Shown here: positions 42,573 to 51,992 of the stretch, piece after piece
How positions within the stretch are numbered: position 1 is the first letter of the stretch
Layout: each line of letters starts with the position of its first letter
Assembly: GCA_963701965.1 (NCBI GenBank)
Contig: OY969695.1
Span: 4,032,001-4,096,000 of the forward strand
DNA from: an uncultured Gemmatimonadales bacterium
Lineage (GTDB): Bacteria; Gemmatimonadota; Gemmatimonadetes; Gemmatimonadales; Gemmatimonadaceae
Reading direction: 5' to 3'
DNA: 64,000 bases
Program-made: the position numbers and the translations under genes
The notes under the pieces: generated by a model
What the model saw: the letters and a program-made list of their open reading frames with translations, nothing else
What the model was told of the DNA's origin: nothing
The model's database searches: none

Positions 42573-44045
42573 GTGGCCCTCGATACGATAGGAGAGCTCA
42601 TCGCGGCGCTCGATGCCGCGGGCGAGCTGCGCCGCATCCGACAGCCGGTGGCGGCGCGCCTCGAGCTGTGCGAGGTGGCGGACCGCGTCATGAAGCGCCC
42701 CGGGGGAGGGGAAGCGCTGCTCTTCGAGCACGTCGTGCTGGGCGATGGATCGCGCTCGCCGTATCCGGTCGCGATCAACCTCTTCGGCTCCGAACGCCGC
42801 ATGGCGCTCGCCCTCGGCGTCACCGCGCTCGACGAGATCGGCGCCCGCATTACCGACCTCTTGTCGACCACCGTCCCCGACGGTCTGGTCGCCAAGCTGG
42901 CGCTCCTGCCACGGCTCCTCGAGGTCGCGAAATTCCCGCCGCGCGCGCACGGCGGCCGTCCGCCGTGCCAGGAGATCGTGTGGCGCGGCGACGAGATCGA
43001 TCTCGGACGCCTCCCCATCATCACGTGCTGGCCCGAGGACGGCGGTCCCTATATCACGCTGCCGATGGTCATCTCCCGCGATCCGGTGCGCGGCATCCGG
43101 AACGTGGGCATGTACCGCGTCCAGCAGATCGGTCCCCGCACCGTCGCCATGCATTGGCAGCGGCACAAGGTGGGCGCCGCGCACTGGCGCGCGATGGCCG
43201 AGCGGGGAGAGACGATGCCGGTCTGCATCGCGGTGGGCGCCGATCCCGCGTCGGTCTACGCCGCGTCGGCGCCGCTGCCGCCGACGGTCGATGAATTCCT
43301 GTTCGCGGGCTTCCTGCGCCGGGCGCCGGTGCGCTTGGCCAAAGCGGTCACCTGCGCGCTCGATGTCCCGGCCGATGCCGAGCTCGTGCTCGAGGGCTAC
43401 ATCGATCCCCGCGAACCGCTGATCACCGAGGGGCCGTTTGGCGACCATACGGGATTCTACTCCGAGGCCGATCTCTATCCGGCGGTGCATCTCACGGCCG
43501 TCACCATGCGGCGAAATCCGGTGTATGCGACGACGATCGTGGGCCGGCCGCCGATGGAGGACTACTATCTCGGACACGCGACCGAGCGCATCTTTCTCCC
43601 GTTGCTCAAGCTGACGATCCCGGAGATCGTCGACTATCACATGCCGGCCGAGGGGATCTTCCACAACCTCGTGTTCGTCTCGATCGACAAACAGTACCCG
43701 GGCCAGGCGCACAAGGTGATGAACGCGCTGTGGGGGGCGGGGTTGATGTCGCTGGCGAAGATGATCATCGTGCTCGACAAGGATGTGAACGTGCGCGATG
43801 CGCGCGCCGCGTGGTGGATCGCCCTCAACAACATCGATCCCGAGCGCGACGCCCGGTTCACCATGGGGCCGGTCGACGTGCTGGACCACTCCAGCCGCGC
43901 CTTCACCTATGGGTCGAAGATCGGCTTCGACGCGACGCGGAAATGGCCGGAAGAGGGGTTCACGCGCCAATGGCCGCGGCTCATTGAGATGGACGCGGGC
44001 ACCAAGGCCCGCGTCGACGCGCTCTGGCCGTCGTTGGGCCTATGA
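42573..44045 (+). CDS. ubiD: UbiD-family decarboxylase (menaquinone, MqnL-like)
   Basis: RNVGMYR, EGPFGDHTGFY, GRPPMED, GSKIGFDAT. Confidence 0.92.
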   Translation: MALDTIGELIAALDAAGELRRIRQPVAARLELCEVADRVMKRPGGGEALLFEHVVLGDGSRSPYPVAINLFGSERRMALALGVTALDEIGARITDLLSTTVPDGLVAKLALLPRLLEVAKFPPRAHGGRPPCQEIVWRGDEIDLGRLPIITCWPEDGGPYITLPMVISRDPVRGIRNVGMYRVQQIGPRTVAMHWQRHKVGAAHWRAMAERGETMPVCIAVGADPASVYAASAPLPPTVDEFLFAGFLRRAPVRLAKAVTCALDVPADAELVLEGYIDPREPLITEGPFGDHTGFYSEADLYPAVHLTAVTMRRNPVYATTIVGRPPMEDYYLGHATERIFLPLLKLTIPEIVDYHMPAEGIFHNLVFVSIDKQYPGQAHKVMNALWGAGLMSLAKMIIVLDKDVNVRDARAAWWIALNNIDPERDARFTMGPVDVLDHSSRAFTYGSKIGFDATRKWPEEGFTRQWPRLIEMDAGTKARVDALWPSLGL

Positions 44046-44951
44046 GCGACCACATGCGCGAAGGGCAGACGTTCAGCGGCGTCTCGCGCTGGATCACGTA
44101 CGCGAACTTCGTCAAGCTGCCGCACACGGTTTTCCTGCTGCCGTTCGCGCTGGTCGGGGTCACGTTCGCCAGCGCCGTCACGCCGGTGACCGGTCGCATC
44201 GTCGCTTGGGTCATCGTCGCCTTCACGGCCGCGCGCTTCGCGGCCATGGGATTCAATCGCGTCGTCGATCGCGAGATCGATGCCCGCAACCCGCGGACCG
44301 CGGGGCGCGAGTTGCCCCGCGGCGCGCTCCGTGTCGCCGAGGCCCGGTGGGCGGTCACCCTGGCCTCGCTCTTGTTCGTCGGCGCCGCGTGGATGCTCAA
44401 TCCGCTGTGCTTCGCCCTCTCGCCGTTGGCGCTGGCCTGGGTGTTCTTCTATAGCTACACCAAACGCTTCACGCGCTGGTCGCACCTGGTGCTGGGGTTT
44501 GGCCTGTCTATCGCGCCGGTCGGGGGATATCTGGCCGTGACCGGTCACTGGTCCCAGCCCTGGTGGATGCTGGTGACGCTGGCGTCCGCGGTCGCCGGCT
44601 GGTCCGGAGGCTTTGACATTCTGTACGCGCTCCAGGATGCGGCATTCGACCGGGCGCATGGACTGTATTCGCTGCCCGCGTCGCTCGGTGAGGCGGGAGC
44701 CCTGCGCGTGGCCCGCGCGCTCCACGTCATTGCCGTGGGCGCGCTGTTCCTGACCGGGATCGCGATCGCCCCGGGATGGCTCTACTGGGCCGGCTGGGTG
44801 ACGGTCGTCGTCCTGCTCGGCTACGAGCACTCGCTCGTCCGCGCCAACGACCTGTCCCGTCTGGACGCGGCGTTTTTCACGCTGAACGGGATCATTCTCG
44901 ATCCTGTTCCTGATCTTCGTCGTGGCCGACCGCGTCGCGCGCGCCTGGTGA
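44042..44951 (+). CDS. ubiA: UbiA-family polyprenyltransferase (MqnP-like); a +1 frameshift near 44895 fuses it to ubiX in the ORF track
   Basis: FNRVVDREIDARNPRT, YSYTKRFT, FDILYALQD; the corrected frame ends FFTLNGIISILFLIFVVAD...W*. Confidence 0.88.
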
Positions 44952-44959
44952 CGCCCGAT

Positions 44960-45565
44960 ATGACCGCCCCACTCGTCTTCGGGATCACCGGCGCCTCCGG
45001 CGCCCCGTATGCCGTGCGCGCGCTCCAGGCGCTCGCGGCCGCGGGGCAGCCGGTCGCCCTGATCATTTCGAGTCATGGCGTACGGCTGCTCCATACGGAG
45101 ATGGGTATCCAGACACTGGATGCGCTGCGCGAAGCCGTCGGGGGCGCGGCATGGGACCAGTGGGTGACCGTGCACGACGATCGGGATCGCGGAGCGGGCC
45201 CGGCGTCGGGATCGTTCGCCAGCGCCGGCATGCTCGTCTGTCCCTGCTCCATGGGGACGTTGTCCGCGATCGCGGCGGGCAGCTCGCGTTCGTTGATCGA
45301 GCGCGCCGCCGATGTGACGCTCAAAGAGCGCCGCCGCCTCGTGCTCGTGCCGCGCGAGACGCCGCTCAGCGAGATTCACCTGCGCAACATGTTGCGGGTG
45401 ACCCGCGCGGGAGCCGTCGTGCTGCCGGCCGCACCCGGATTCTACCACCGCCCGTCCACCGTAGACGCGCTCGTCGACTTCGTCGTGGCGCGCATCCTGG
45501 ACCACGTCGGCGTGCCCCAGTCGCTCGTGCCCCGCTGGGCGGGAACGATGCCGCCGTCGCGTTGA
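44960..45565 (+). CDS. ubiX: flavin prenyltransferase
   Basis: GITGASGAPY, ASGS, PCSMGTL, RETPL, PGFYHRP. Confidence 0.93.
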   Translation: MTAPLVFGITGASGAPYAVRALQALAAAGQPVALIISSHGVRLLHTEMGIQTLDALREAVGGAAWDQWVTVHDDRDRGAGPASGSFASAGMLVCPCSMGTLSAIAAGSSRSLIERAADVTLKERRRLVLVPRETPLSEIHLRNMLRVTRAGAVVLPAAPGFYHRPSTVDALVDFVVARILDHVGVPQSLVPRWAGTMPPSR

Positions 45566-46065
45566 CGGTCCACTGGATCGGCCTCATCTCCGACACCCAC
45601 GGATTGGTCCGGGCGGAGGTGCACACGGCGCTCGCCGGGGTCGAACTGATCTTGCACGCGGGCGACGTCGGCGGCGCCGCGATCCTCGACGAACTGTCGC
45701 TCATCGCGCCGGTCAAGGCCGTCGCCGGCAACACGGACGCGCCTGACGATGTTCGCTTGCGAGACGTGCTCGTCGAGACGGTCGATGGCCTGACCATTCA
45801 CGTGTCGCACGGCCATGAGCTGGGAAGCCCCACGCCGGCGGCGCTGCTCGCCCGCTACCCGGACCAGATCATCGTGTATGGGCACACGCACATCGCGCGG
45901 GTGGAGCGCGCTGGCGACCGGTGGGTCGTGAACCCCGGCGCCGCCGGGCCGCGCCGGTTCGGCGCGCGCCCGAGTGTGGCAAAGCTGCGGTTGGAAGGTG
46001 GGACGGTGGCAGTGGAGGTAATTTCGCTGGCGCTCCGCGCAGCGGAGCGCAGTTCAACCGACTGA
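45562..46065 (+). CDS. YfcE-like metallophosphoesterase
   Basis: ISDTHG, HAGDVG, GNTD, HGH, GHTH, NPG. Confidence 0.9.
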   Translation: MTVHWIGLISDTHGLVRAEVHTALAGVELILHAGDVGGAAILDELSLIAPVKAVAGNTDAPDDVRLRDVLVETVDGLTIHVSHGHELGSPTPAALLARYPDQIIVYGHTHIARVERAGDRWVVNPGAAGPRRFGARPSVAKLRLEGGTVAVEVISLALRAAERSSTD

Positions 46066-46289
46066 TCGAGCAGGTGCGTTGTTAGCACCTGGCTGGCGCT
46101 CCGCGCAGCGGAGCGCAGTTCAACCGACTGATCGAGCAGGTGCGTTGTTAGCACCTGGCTGGCGCTCCGCGCAGCGGAGCGCAGTTCAACCGACTGATCT
46201 AGCAGGTGCGTTTTTAGCACCTGGCTGGCGCTCCGCGCAGCGGAGCGCAGTTCAACCGACTGATCTAGCAGGTGCGTTTTTAGCACCTG
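46026..46289. repeat. tandem array of 4 x 66-bp double-hairpin units
   Basis: Units start at 46026/46092/46158/46224; units 1=2 and 3=4, and the pairs differ at 2 nt. Confidence 0.95.
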
Positions 46290-46290
46290 C

Positions 46291-46509
46291 CTAGATCACG
46301 CGAAAGTGTGACGATGGATAGAGAAAATCATCGTCCGAGTCGTCGTTGATGCGATAGAGTGCGCCATTCGCCTCGACGGCCAACAGCTCGTAGATCCGCC
46401 CCAGCGTCAGATCGTGACACCCGCCCGGCTCGTCCTCGCCCGGTATCTTGAGCCAAGGCTCGACGCTGATGCACTGGACCAGAGTCGTTGGCTCCCACGA
46501 AGTCGCCAT
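46291..46509 (-). CDS. small hypothetical protein (72 aa)
   Basis: MATSWEP...DLTLGRIYELL...YRINDDSDDDFLYPSSHF; GGAG RBS upstream. Confidence 0.65.
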   Translation of the reverse strand: MATSWEPTTLVQCISVEPWLKIPGEDEPGGCHDLTLGRIYELLAVEANGALYRINDDSDDDFLYPSSHFRVI

Positions 46510-46540
46510 CGGTTCCGCTCCCGTGTAGAAGAGATGGCGG

Positions 46541-47665
46541 TCATGGCGTGCAAGAGGCCGGCCACGCGGACCGGGCAAGCTCGGCCGGATTGCGGCGGAA
46601 CCACGACGACAACAGTTGCAACTCGTCGATTTCATGCGCGGGAACAGCCAGTGGCGCGCCCGCGCGTGGCGCGAACACATCCTGCACGACGGCGCGCCAG
46701 GCCCGGCGCTCCGCCGCCGAGCGCGGCGCCGCCCGTTCCGCGCGCACGCAACCACGCCGGATGGCGTACACATGCTCGGCGCCATCCCAGCCGGCGACGG
46801 AATACACGAAGGACAGTGTCTCGACGGCGAAGCGTAACTGGCTGAATTGTTCGCGCAGGCTTTCCAGTCGCTTGAGCTTGTCCCGGATCGCCGCGGCCCG
46901 CTCGAACTCGAGCCGTTCGCTCGCGGCCTCCATCGCGCTGGCCAGCGCGGCGAGCGGGCCCGCGTCCGTCCCGTCGAAGAACGCGCGTGCCGCGCGGACT
47001 TGGGACTGGTATTGGGCGACGGAGCAGCCGCCGACGCAGGGGCCGAGGCACTTCCCGATCTCGTGCCGGATGCAGCCGGGCGTGCGCAGCGGTACGGCGG
47101 TGACATCGAACAGCTCGCGCTGGTCGCTGAAATGCATCGGCACCGGGTTCGCGCAATCCCGGAGACCGAGCGCGTCACTGAGCTCGCGCACCGCCTCGCT
47201 CAACTGCCGGGCGCCCCGAAACGGCCCGTAGTAGACATCGGCCTCGTCGGCGCCGCTCGGCGTGCGCACGACGAGCAACTTGGGCGCGGGCGGGCCGCTG
47301 ATCTTGATGAACGCGTAGTGCCGGGCGTCCTGCTTCATCGCCACGTTGAACCGCGGGCGAAAGCGCTTGATCAACCGCAGCTCCGCGAGAAGCGCCGCGA
47401 ACTCGCTCGGCCAGTACTCCCAGTCGATCGTGCGCGCTTCCCGCAGAATCCGCGCTCCTTTGTCCGCGGGATAGGCGCACCGGAAATAACTGAGAAGGCG
47501 CGACCGGATATGCTTGGATTTTCCGACGTACAGAATCTCGCCATCGGCAGCCAGCATGCGATACGTGCCCGGCCGGTCCCTGGCGCCCCCGCGCACGGTG
47601 GCGCGCATGGCCTTGAGCTCATCGTCCGTGGCGACCGCGCGCTGCGACGCCGGAGAGCGGCGCAT
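46541..47665 (-). CDS. UvrC-like GIY-YIG nuclease with UvrB/C motif (short, Cho-like)
   Basis: PGTYRM..ILYVGKS..IRSRLLSYF, YYGPF, CLGPC, LEFERAAAIRD. Confidence 0.85.
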   Translation of the reverse strand: MRRSPASQRAVATDDELKAMRATVRGGARDRPGTYRMLAADGEILYVGKSKHIRSRLLSYFRCAYPADKGARILREARTIDWEYWPSEFAALLAELRLIKRFRPRFNVAMKQDARHYAFIKISGPPAPKLLVVRTPSGADEADVYYGPFRGARQLSEAVRELSDALGLRDCANPVPMHFSDQRELFDVTAVPLRTPGCIRHEIGKCLGPCVGGCSVAQYQSQVRAARAFFDGTDAGPLAALASAMEAASERLEFERAAAIRDKLKRLESLREQFSQLRFAVETLSFVYSVAGWDGAEHVYAIRRGCVRAERAAPRSAAERRAWRAVVQDVFAPRAGAPLAVPAHEIDELQLLSSWFRRNPAELARSAWPASCTP

Positions 47666-48492
47666 TACCGCTGGCAGTGGGCGCAGAATACCGTAGCGCG
47701 CCCGTCGATCGCGTGGGTGCCCACGAGCCGCGCCCCGCACCGGGTACACGGCCGTCCCGCGCGGCCGTAGGCGTCGAGACGCGCGGCGAACGCACCGCGG
47801 GCGCCGCTGGCGTCGCGATAGTCGCGAAAGCTCGTCCCGCGGGCCGCGACCGCCTCGTCGAGCACGGCCACCAGCGCATCCCGTAAGCGCGCGGCCTCGT
47901 CCGGCGCGATCCGCCGCGCTTCGCGCGATGGGTCGAGCCCGGCGCGCCACAGCGCTTCGTTCGCGTAGATGTTGCCGACGCCGGCTATGTGCCGCTGATC
48001 CATGAGCACCCGCTTTACCGCCTGCCGCGACCGCGAGAGGAGCGCAGAGAGATGCGCCGGCGTGAACGCGGAATCAAGGGGCTCGACGCCAAGCCGGCCG
48101 GAATACGCGTCGAACCGGGCGGGTGTCATCAACGCGACCGTGCCCAGTCGCCGCACATCGCGATACAGGAGTCGGCGCCCGTCGTCGAGCGTGAAAGCGA
48201 CGGCAATGTAGCGGCGCGCGCCTTCGTCGAGCGCGCCGTCGTCGATCAAGAGGGCGCCGGTGAATCGCGGTTGGACGGCGAGGCGGTCGCCCGTCGAGAG
48301 ATCGAGGACGACGAGCTTGGCGCGGCGCCAGGCCCGCACGATCGTCGCGCCGGTGACGCGGCGTCTCAAGCCGCGGGCGTCGACGTCCCGGAGGACATCG
48401 GGGTGCGGCACCGCGACCCCGGTGATGCGGTTCCCAACGATTGCCCGGTCGAGGTCCCGGGCGATCGTCTCGGTCTCAGGTAGCTCGGGAAT
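47665..48492 (-). CDS. mutM: formamidopyrimidine-DNA glycosylase (apparent ATT start)
   Basis: PELPE, RRAK, LMDQ..IAGVGNIYANEAL, C-terminal zinc finger CTRC..CAHC. Confidence 0.93.
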   Translation of the reverse strand: MPELPETETIARDLDRAIVGNRITGVAVPHPDVLRDVDARGLRRRVTGATIVRAWRRAKLVVLDLSTGDRLAVQPRFTGALLIDDGALDEGARRYIAVAFTLDDGRRLLYRDVRRLGTVALMTPARFDAYSGRLGVEPLDSAFTPAHLSALLSRSRQAVKRVLMDQRHIAGVGNIYANEALWRAGLDPSREARRIAPDEAARLRDALVAVLDEAVAARGTSFRDYRDASGARGAFAARLDAYGRAGRPCTRCGARLVGTHAIDGRATVFCAHCQR

Positions 48493-49765
48493 AGGCGCGC
48501 CAGCCAATGTCGGTGCGGTACTGCATGCCGTCGAACGCGATGCGCCCGACGAACGCGGCACTCTGCGCTTGCGCATCGGCCAGAGACGGCCCGACCGCCG
48601 TGACGCCGAGGACGCGGCCGCCGGCGGTGACGAGGCGTCCGGCTCCGTCGCGGGCCGTGCCGGCATGAAAGACGGTCACGCCGTCGGGCAGAACGTCGGG
48701 GATGGTGATGACATCGCCGAGTCGCGGTCGCTCGGGATACCCTGCGGCGGCGATGACGGTGGTCACGGCGTACGGCGATGGCGGGCCATCGCGGTCGAGC
48801 GAGGGCAGGGGCGCCCCGGTCGCCACCGCGCGCAATACTTCGCCCAGGCCACCGTGGGTCAACGGCATGATGGCTTGGGTCTCCGGATCGCCAAAGCGGC
48901 AGTTGAACTCGATGACCCTCGGGCCCTCCGCGGTCAACATCATGCCGGCGTAAAGGAGCCCGGTGAACGGCCGGCCGCGCTCCCGCATGGCATCGAGCGT
49001 GGGCCGCATGATGCTGGCCGCGATGTCGCGCGCGAACGCCATCGGGCTCTCGCCATCACTTCCATAAGGAGCGTACGCGCCCATGCCGCCCGTATTGGGT
49101 CCGCGATCCCCATCGAGCAGTCGCTTGTGATCCTGCGCCGGGATGAGCGGCACGATGCGCTCGCCATCGGTGATGCCAAAGACCGAGACCTCTTCGCCGC
49201 GCAGGAATTCTTCGACGAGGATCTCGACCCCGGCGGCGCCGAAGGCGCCACGCGTCAGCATGGCATCGATCGCGTCGTCCGCTTGCGCCAGATCCTCGGC
49301 GACGATGACGCCTTTGCCCGCCGCCAACCCGGACGCCTTGATCACCACGGGCGCGCCAAAGGACCGCGCAGCCCGCTTCGCGGCCGCGGCGTCGGTGTGA
49401 CGCTCGGCGCGGCCCGTGGGTACGCCCGCGTCGATCATCAACAGCTTGGCGAATGCTTTCGACGTCTCGATCTCGGCCGCCGCCCGGGTGGGCCCAAACA
49501 CGGGCAACTTTTCCTGGCGAAATCGATCAACCAACCCGGCGGCCAATGGTGCTTCCGGTCCCACCAGGGTGTAGGCCGGTCCCTCGGCGCGCGCGAGCGC
49601 TGCCAGCGCGTCGATGTCCGTCACCGCTACGGGGACGCAGCGCCCGAGAGTGGCCAGGCCAGGGTTGCCGGGCGCCGCGACAATCTCGATCGCCGGGTCA
49701 TCGCGGACGAACCGCCAGGCGAGCGCATGTTCGCGCCCGCCACCCCCGACGATGAGAACCTTCAC
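48476..49765 (-). CDS. purD: phosphoribosylamine-glycine ligase
   Basis: GGGGREHAL, QDHKR..DGD.GPNTGGMGAY, EFNCRFGDPE. Confidence 0.96.
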   Translation of the reverse strand: MKVLIVGGGGREHALAWRFVRDDPAIEIVAAPGNPGLATLGRCVPVAVTDIDALAALARAEGPAYTLVGPEAPLAAGLVDRFRQEKLPVFGPTRAAAEIETSKAFAKLLMIDAGVPTGRAERHTDAAAAKRAARSFGAPVVIKASGLAAGKGVIVAEDLAQADDAIDAMLTRGAFGAAGVEILVEEFLRGEEVSVFGITDGERIVPLIPAQDHKRLLDGDRGPNTGGMGAYAPYGSDGESPMAFARDIAASIMRPTLDAMRERGRPFTGLLYAGMMLTAEGPRVIEFNCRFGDPETQAIMPLTHGGLGEVLRAVATGAPLPSLDRDGPPSPYAVTTVIAAAGYPERPRLGDVITIPDVLPDGVTVFHAGTARDGAGRLVTAGGRVLGVTAVGPSLADAQAQSAAFVGRIAFDGMQYRTDIGWRAYSRAT

Positions 49766-50766
49766 TTCTTGCGGAACGCCGACGAGAACGCGTCGCGCGC
49801 CCGATCGACGACACCTTCCAGTTCGCCGAGCGCGGACTTCGCGCGTTGGCCATAATATCCGGCCGCTTCGGCGTAGTCGGTCTTGAGATCCCGATCGTCT
49901 TCGGTGCCGCGGCGGGGATAGTCGCCGCCCAGGATCTTGGCGTAGGCGCCACTCGCCACCCAGCGTTGCAACTCCGCGACCCGGACGGTGGCGAAGGGAT
50001 GGTCGCGCCCGGCGGTATTCAGCATCTTGAGCACGCTGTCCCACACGCCGCCGGTCGCCTCGTATTCGGCGGCCTGTTTCAGAAACTCGTCGAGGCTGAT
50101 CTCGTCATCGCCCGCGTGCCCGCCGGCCATGAGGAAATACGTCATCATAGACTTCTCGACATCCTGCGAGCCGAGGAGGCCAGCGCGATCCGATGACAAC
50201 TCGGCCTTGCGATACCATTCGAGCAGAGCCAGTCGGAACGGAAGGAGCGCGATCTCGGCGAGAAAGGGCAAATTGGCCAGGCCGAACTGCAGCAGGATGA
50301 TCGCGATCGTGCTGTAGGTGACGTGTCCGCTGGCGATGTGCCCCAGCTCGTGCGCCAGCACCTCGCGTTGCTCCTCGCGATCCAGGAGCCGCAGCGTCGC
50401 CGAGTTGAGCACGACGAACGGATCGTCGAATCCGACCGCTGCCGCGTTCACGAATGGCGTCTGCGTGACATACAGCTGGGGGCGGGACGGCCAATCGAAC
50501 GTCGCCAGCACCTCGGTCCACAGTGCGTCGAGCTTGGGCCGCTGCCGTGGCCCCACGCGGACGGCGTTGGCCGTAAACAAATGCCGAATACCCCGCTCGC
50601 CAATGAGCCCCGCGATCTTGCGGACGATCTCGTCAAAGCCCGGCAGGGCCCGCAGCGTCTGCAGCGCCGCCCGATCCGCCGGGTGCTCCCAGGCGACGGA
50701 TGAAATCTGCGTCAACGTCACCCGTTTGCCGTTGGGCGTCGGGACCTGCACCGGTAAGTCGCTCAT
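49762..50766 (-). CDS. M48-family zinc metallopeptidase
   Basis: WEHPADR, HELGH, AELSSDR, HPF...R. Confidence 0.9.
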   Translation of the reverse strand: MSDLPVQVPTPNGKRVTLTQISSVAWEHPADRAALQTLRALPGFDEIVRKIAGLIGERGIRHLFTANAVRVGPRQRPKLDALWTEVLATFDWPSRPQLYVTQTPFVNAAAVGFDDPFVVLNSATLRLLDREEQREVLAHELGHIASGHVTYSTIAIILLQFGLANLPFLAEIALLPFRLALLEWYRKAELSSDRAGLLGSQDVEKSMMTYFLMAGGHAGDDEISLDEFLKQAAEYEATGGVWDSVLKMLNTAGRDHPFATVRVAELQRWVASGAYAKILGGDYPRRGTEDDRDLKTDYAEAAGYYGQRAKSALGELEGVVDRARDAFSSAFRKK

Positions 50767-50810
50767 GAATACCTCCGTTAGCCCCCCTTACGGAGAGCCG
50801 TCGGCTCCGG

Positions 50811-51986
50811 TTACACCTGCCGGAATGCCTGTTCGAGATCCTCCAGCAGATCGTCGACGTCCTCGACCCCGCACGAGAGACGGACGAGGCCGTCACCCAG
50901 GCCAAGGTGCTCCCGGAATTCTCCGGGGACAGCGGCGTGCGTCATCGAGGCGGGATGGCTGATCAGGCTCTCGACGCCCCCCAGAGACTCGGCCAGGGAG
51001 AAGACGCGCACGCCTTCGAGCAGGCGCTGCGCGCAGTCGCGCGTGCCGAGATCGATGCTGATCATTCCGCCAAATCCGCTCATCTGCCGCGCGGCCAACT
51101 CATGCTGCGGATGCGACGGCAGCCCGGGATAGATCACCCGATCGGCGCCCAGACGGTCCGCGAGCCAGGCCGCGACTTGCCGACCGTTTGAGTCATGGCG
51201 CGGCATGCGCAAATGCAGCGTCTTGGTACCCCGGAGCGCGAGCCAGGAATCGAACGGTCCCGGCACGGCGCCGGAGGCGTTTTGCAGGAACGTGAGGCGC
51301 TCCCCCAGGGCATCGTCGCGGACGACCGCCAGACCGCCGACCATGTCGCTGTGGCCATTGAGATACTTGGTCGTCGAATGAAAGACGATGTCAGCGCCGC
51401 TCCCGATCTCAAACGGCCGTTGGAAAAACGGAGTCGCGAACGTATTGTCCACGATCAAGAGCGCGCCGGCGCGATGGGCGATCTCGGCAGTAGCGGCCAG
51501 ATCGGCGATCCGCATGAGCGGGTTGGTCGGGGTCTCCATGATGACCGCCACGGTGCCCGGCGTGCACGCATCGGCGATGCGTTGCGGGTCGCGGGCGTCG
51601 GCATAGCTGAACCGGAGTCCGAAATGGGACAAAACCCGCTCGAACAGCCGGAACGTGCCGCCGTAGACGTTGTCCCCGCACACGACGTGGTCGCCGGCAC
51701 GGAAGAGTTTCATGATCGTGTCCAAGCATCCCATACCGCTGGAGAACGCGAATCCGTGCCGCCCCCCTTCCAGGGCGGCCACATTTCGTTCGAGGGCCTC
51801 TCTGGTGGGATTCGTGCCCCGCGCGTATTCGTACCCCTTGTGCCGGCCGAGACCGTCCTGTACGTAAGTGGATGTTTGGTAAATCGGAGTCATGACAGCA
51901 CCGGACACAGGGTCGGGTCGCTGTCCCGCGTGGATCGCGCGAGTCGCGAAGCGCGCGGTTAGGTCGTCGTCAAAGACGCGAGTCAT
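50811..51986 (-). CDS. cystathionine gamma-lyase/synthase (Cys/Met PLP enzyme)
   Basis: YARGTNPTR, DNTFATP, HSTTKYLNGHSD, AESLGGVESL. Confidence 0.93.
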   Translation of the reverse strand: MTRVFDDDLTARFATRAIHAGQRPDPVSGAVMTPIYQTSTYVQDGLGRHKGYEYARGTNPTREALERNVAALEGGRHGFAFSSGMGCLDTIMKLFRAGDHVVCGDNVYGGTFRLFERVLSHFGLRFSYADARDPQRIADACTPGTVAVIMETPTNPLMRIADLAATAEIAHRAGALLIVDNTFATPFFQRPFEIGSGADIVFHSTTKYLNGHSDMVGGLAVVRDDALGERLTFLQNASGAVPGPFDSWLALRGTKTLHLRMPRHDSNGRQVAAWLADRLGADRVIYPGLPSHPQHELAARQMSGFGGMISIDLGTRDCAQRLLEGVRVFSLAESLGGVESLISHPASMTHAAVPGEFREHLGLGDGLVRLSCGVEDVDDLLEDLEQAFRQV

Positions 51987-51992
51987 GGAGCG

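Noticed and set aside
44042..45565. Novel UbiA-UbiX fusion (507-aa ORF)
   Set aside because: A one-base correction at CATTC 44893 restores a normal UbiA end with a stop at 44951 and a separate ubiX start.
46052..46090. Integron attC sites (GTTCAAC fits RYYYAAC)
   Set aside because: No complementary GTTRRRY closing a single long attC hairpin, no cassette ORFs between units and no integrase.
46026..46289. CRISPR array
   Set aside because: Units are near-identical along their whole length with no unique spacers, and no cas genes are in the window.
45855..46294. Repeat-containing small proteins in the ORF track
   Set aside because: Translations of the 66-bp DNA repeat; no independent coding evidence.
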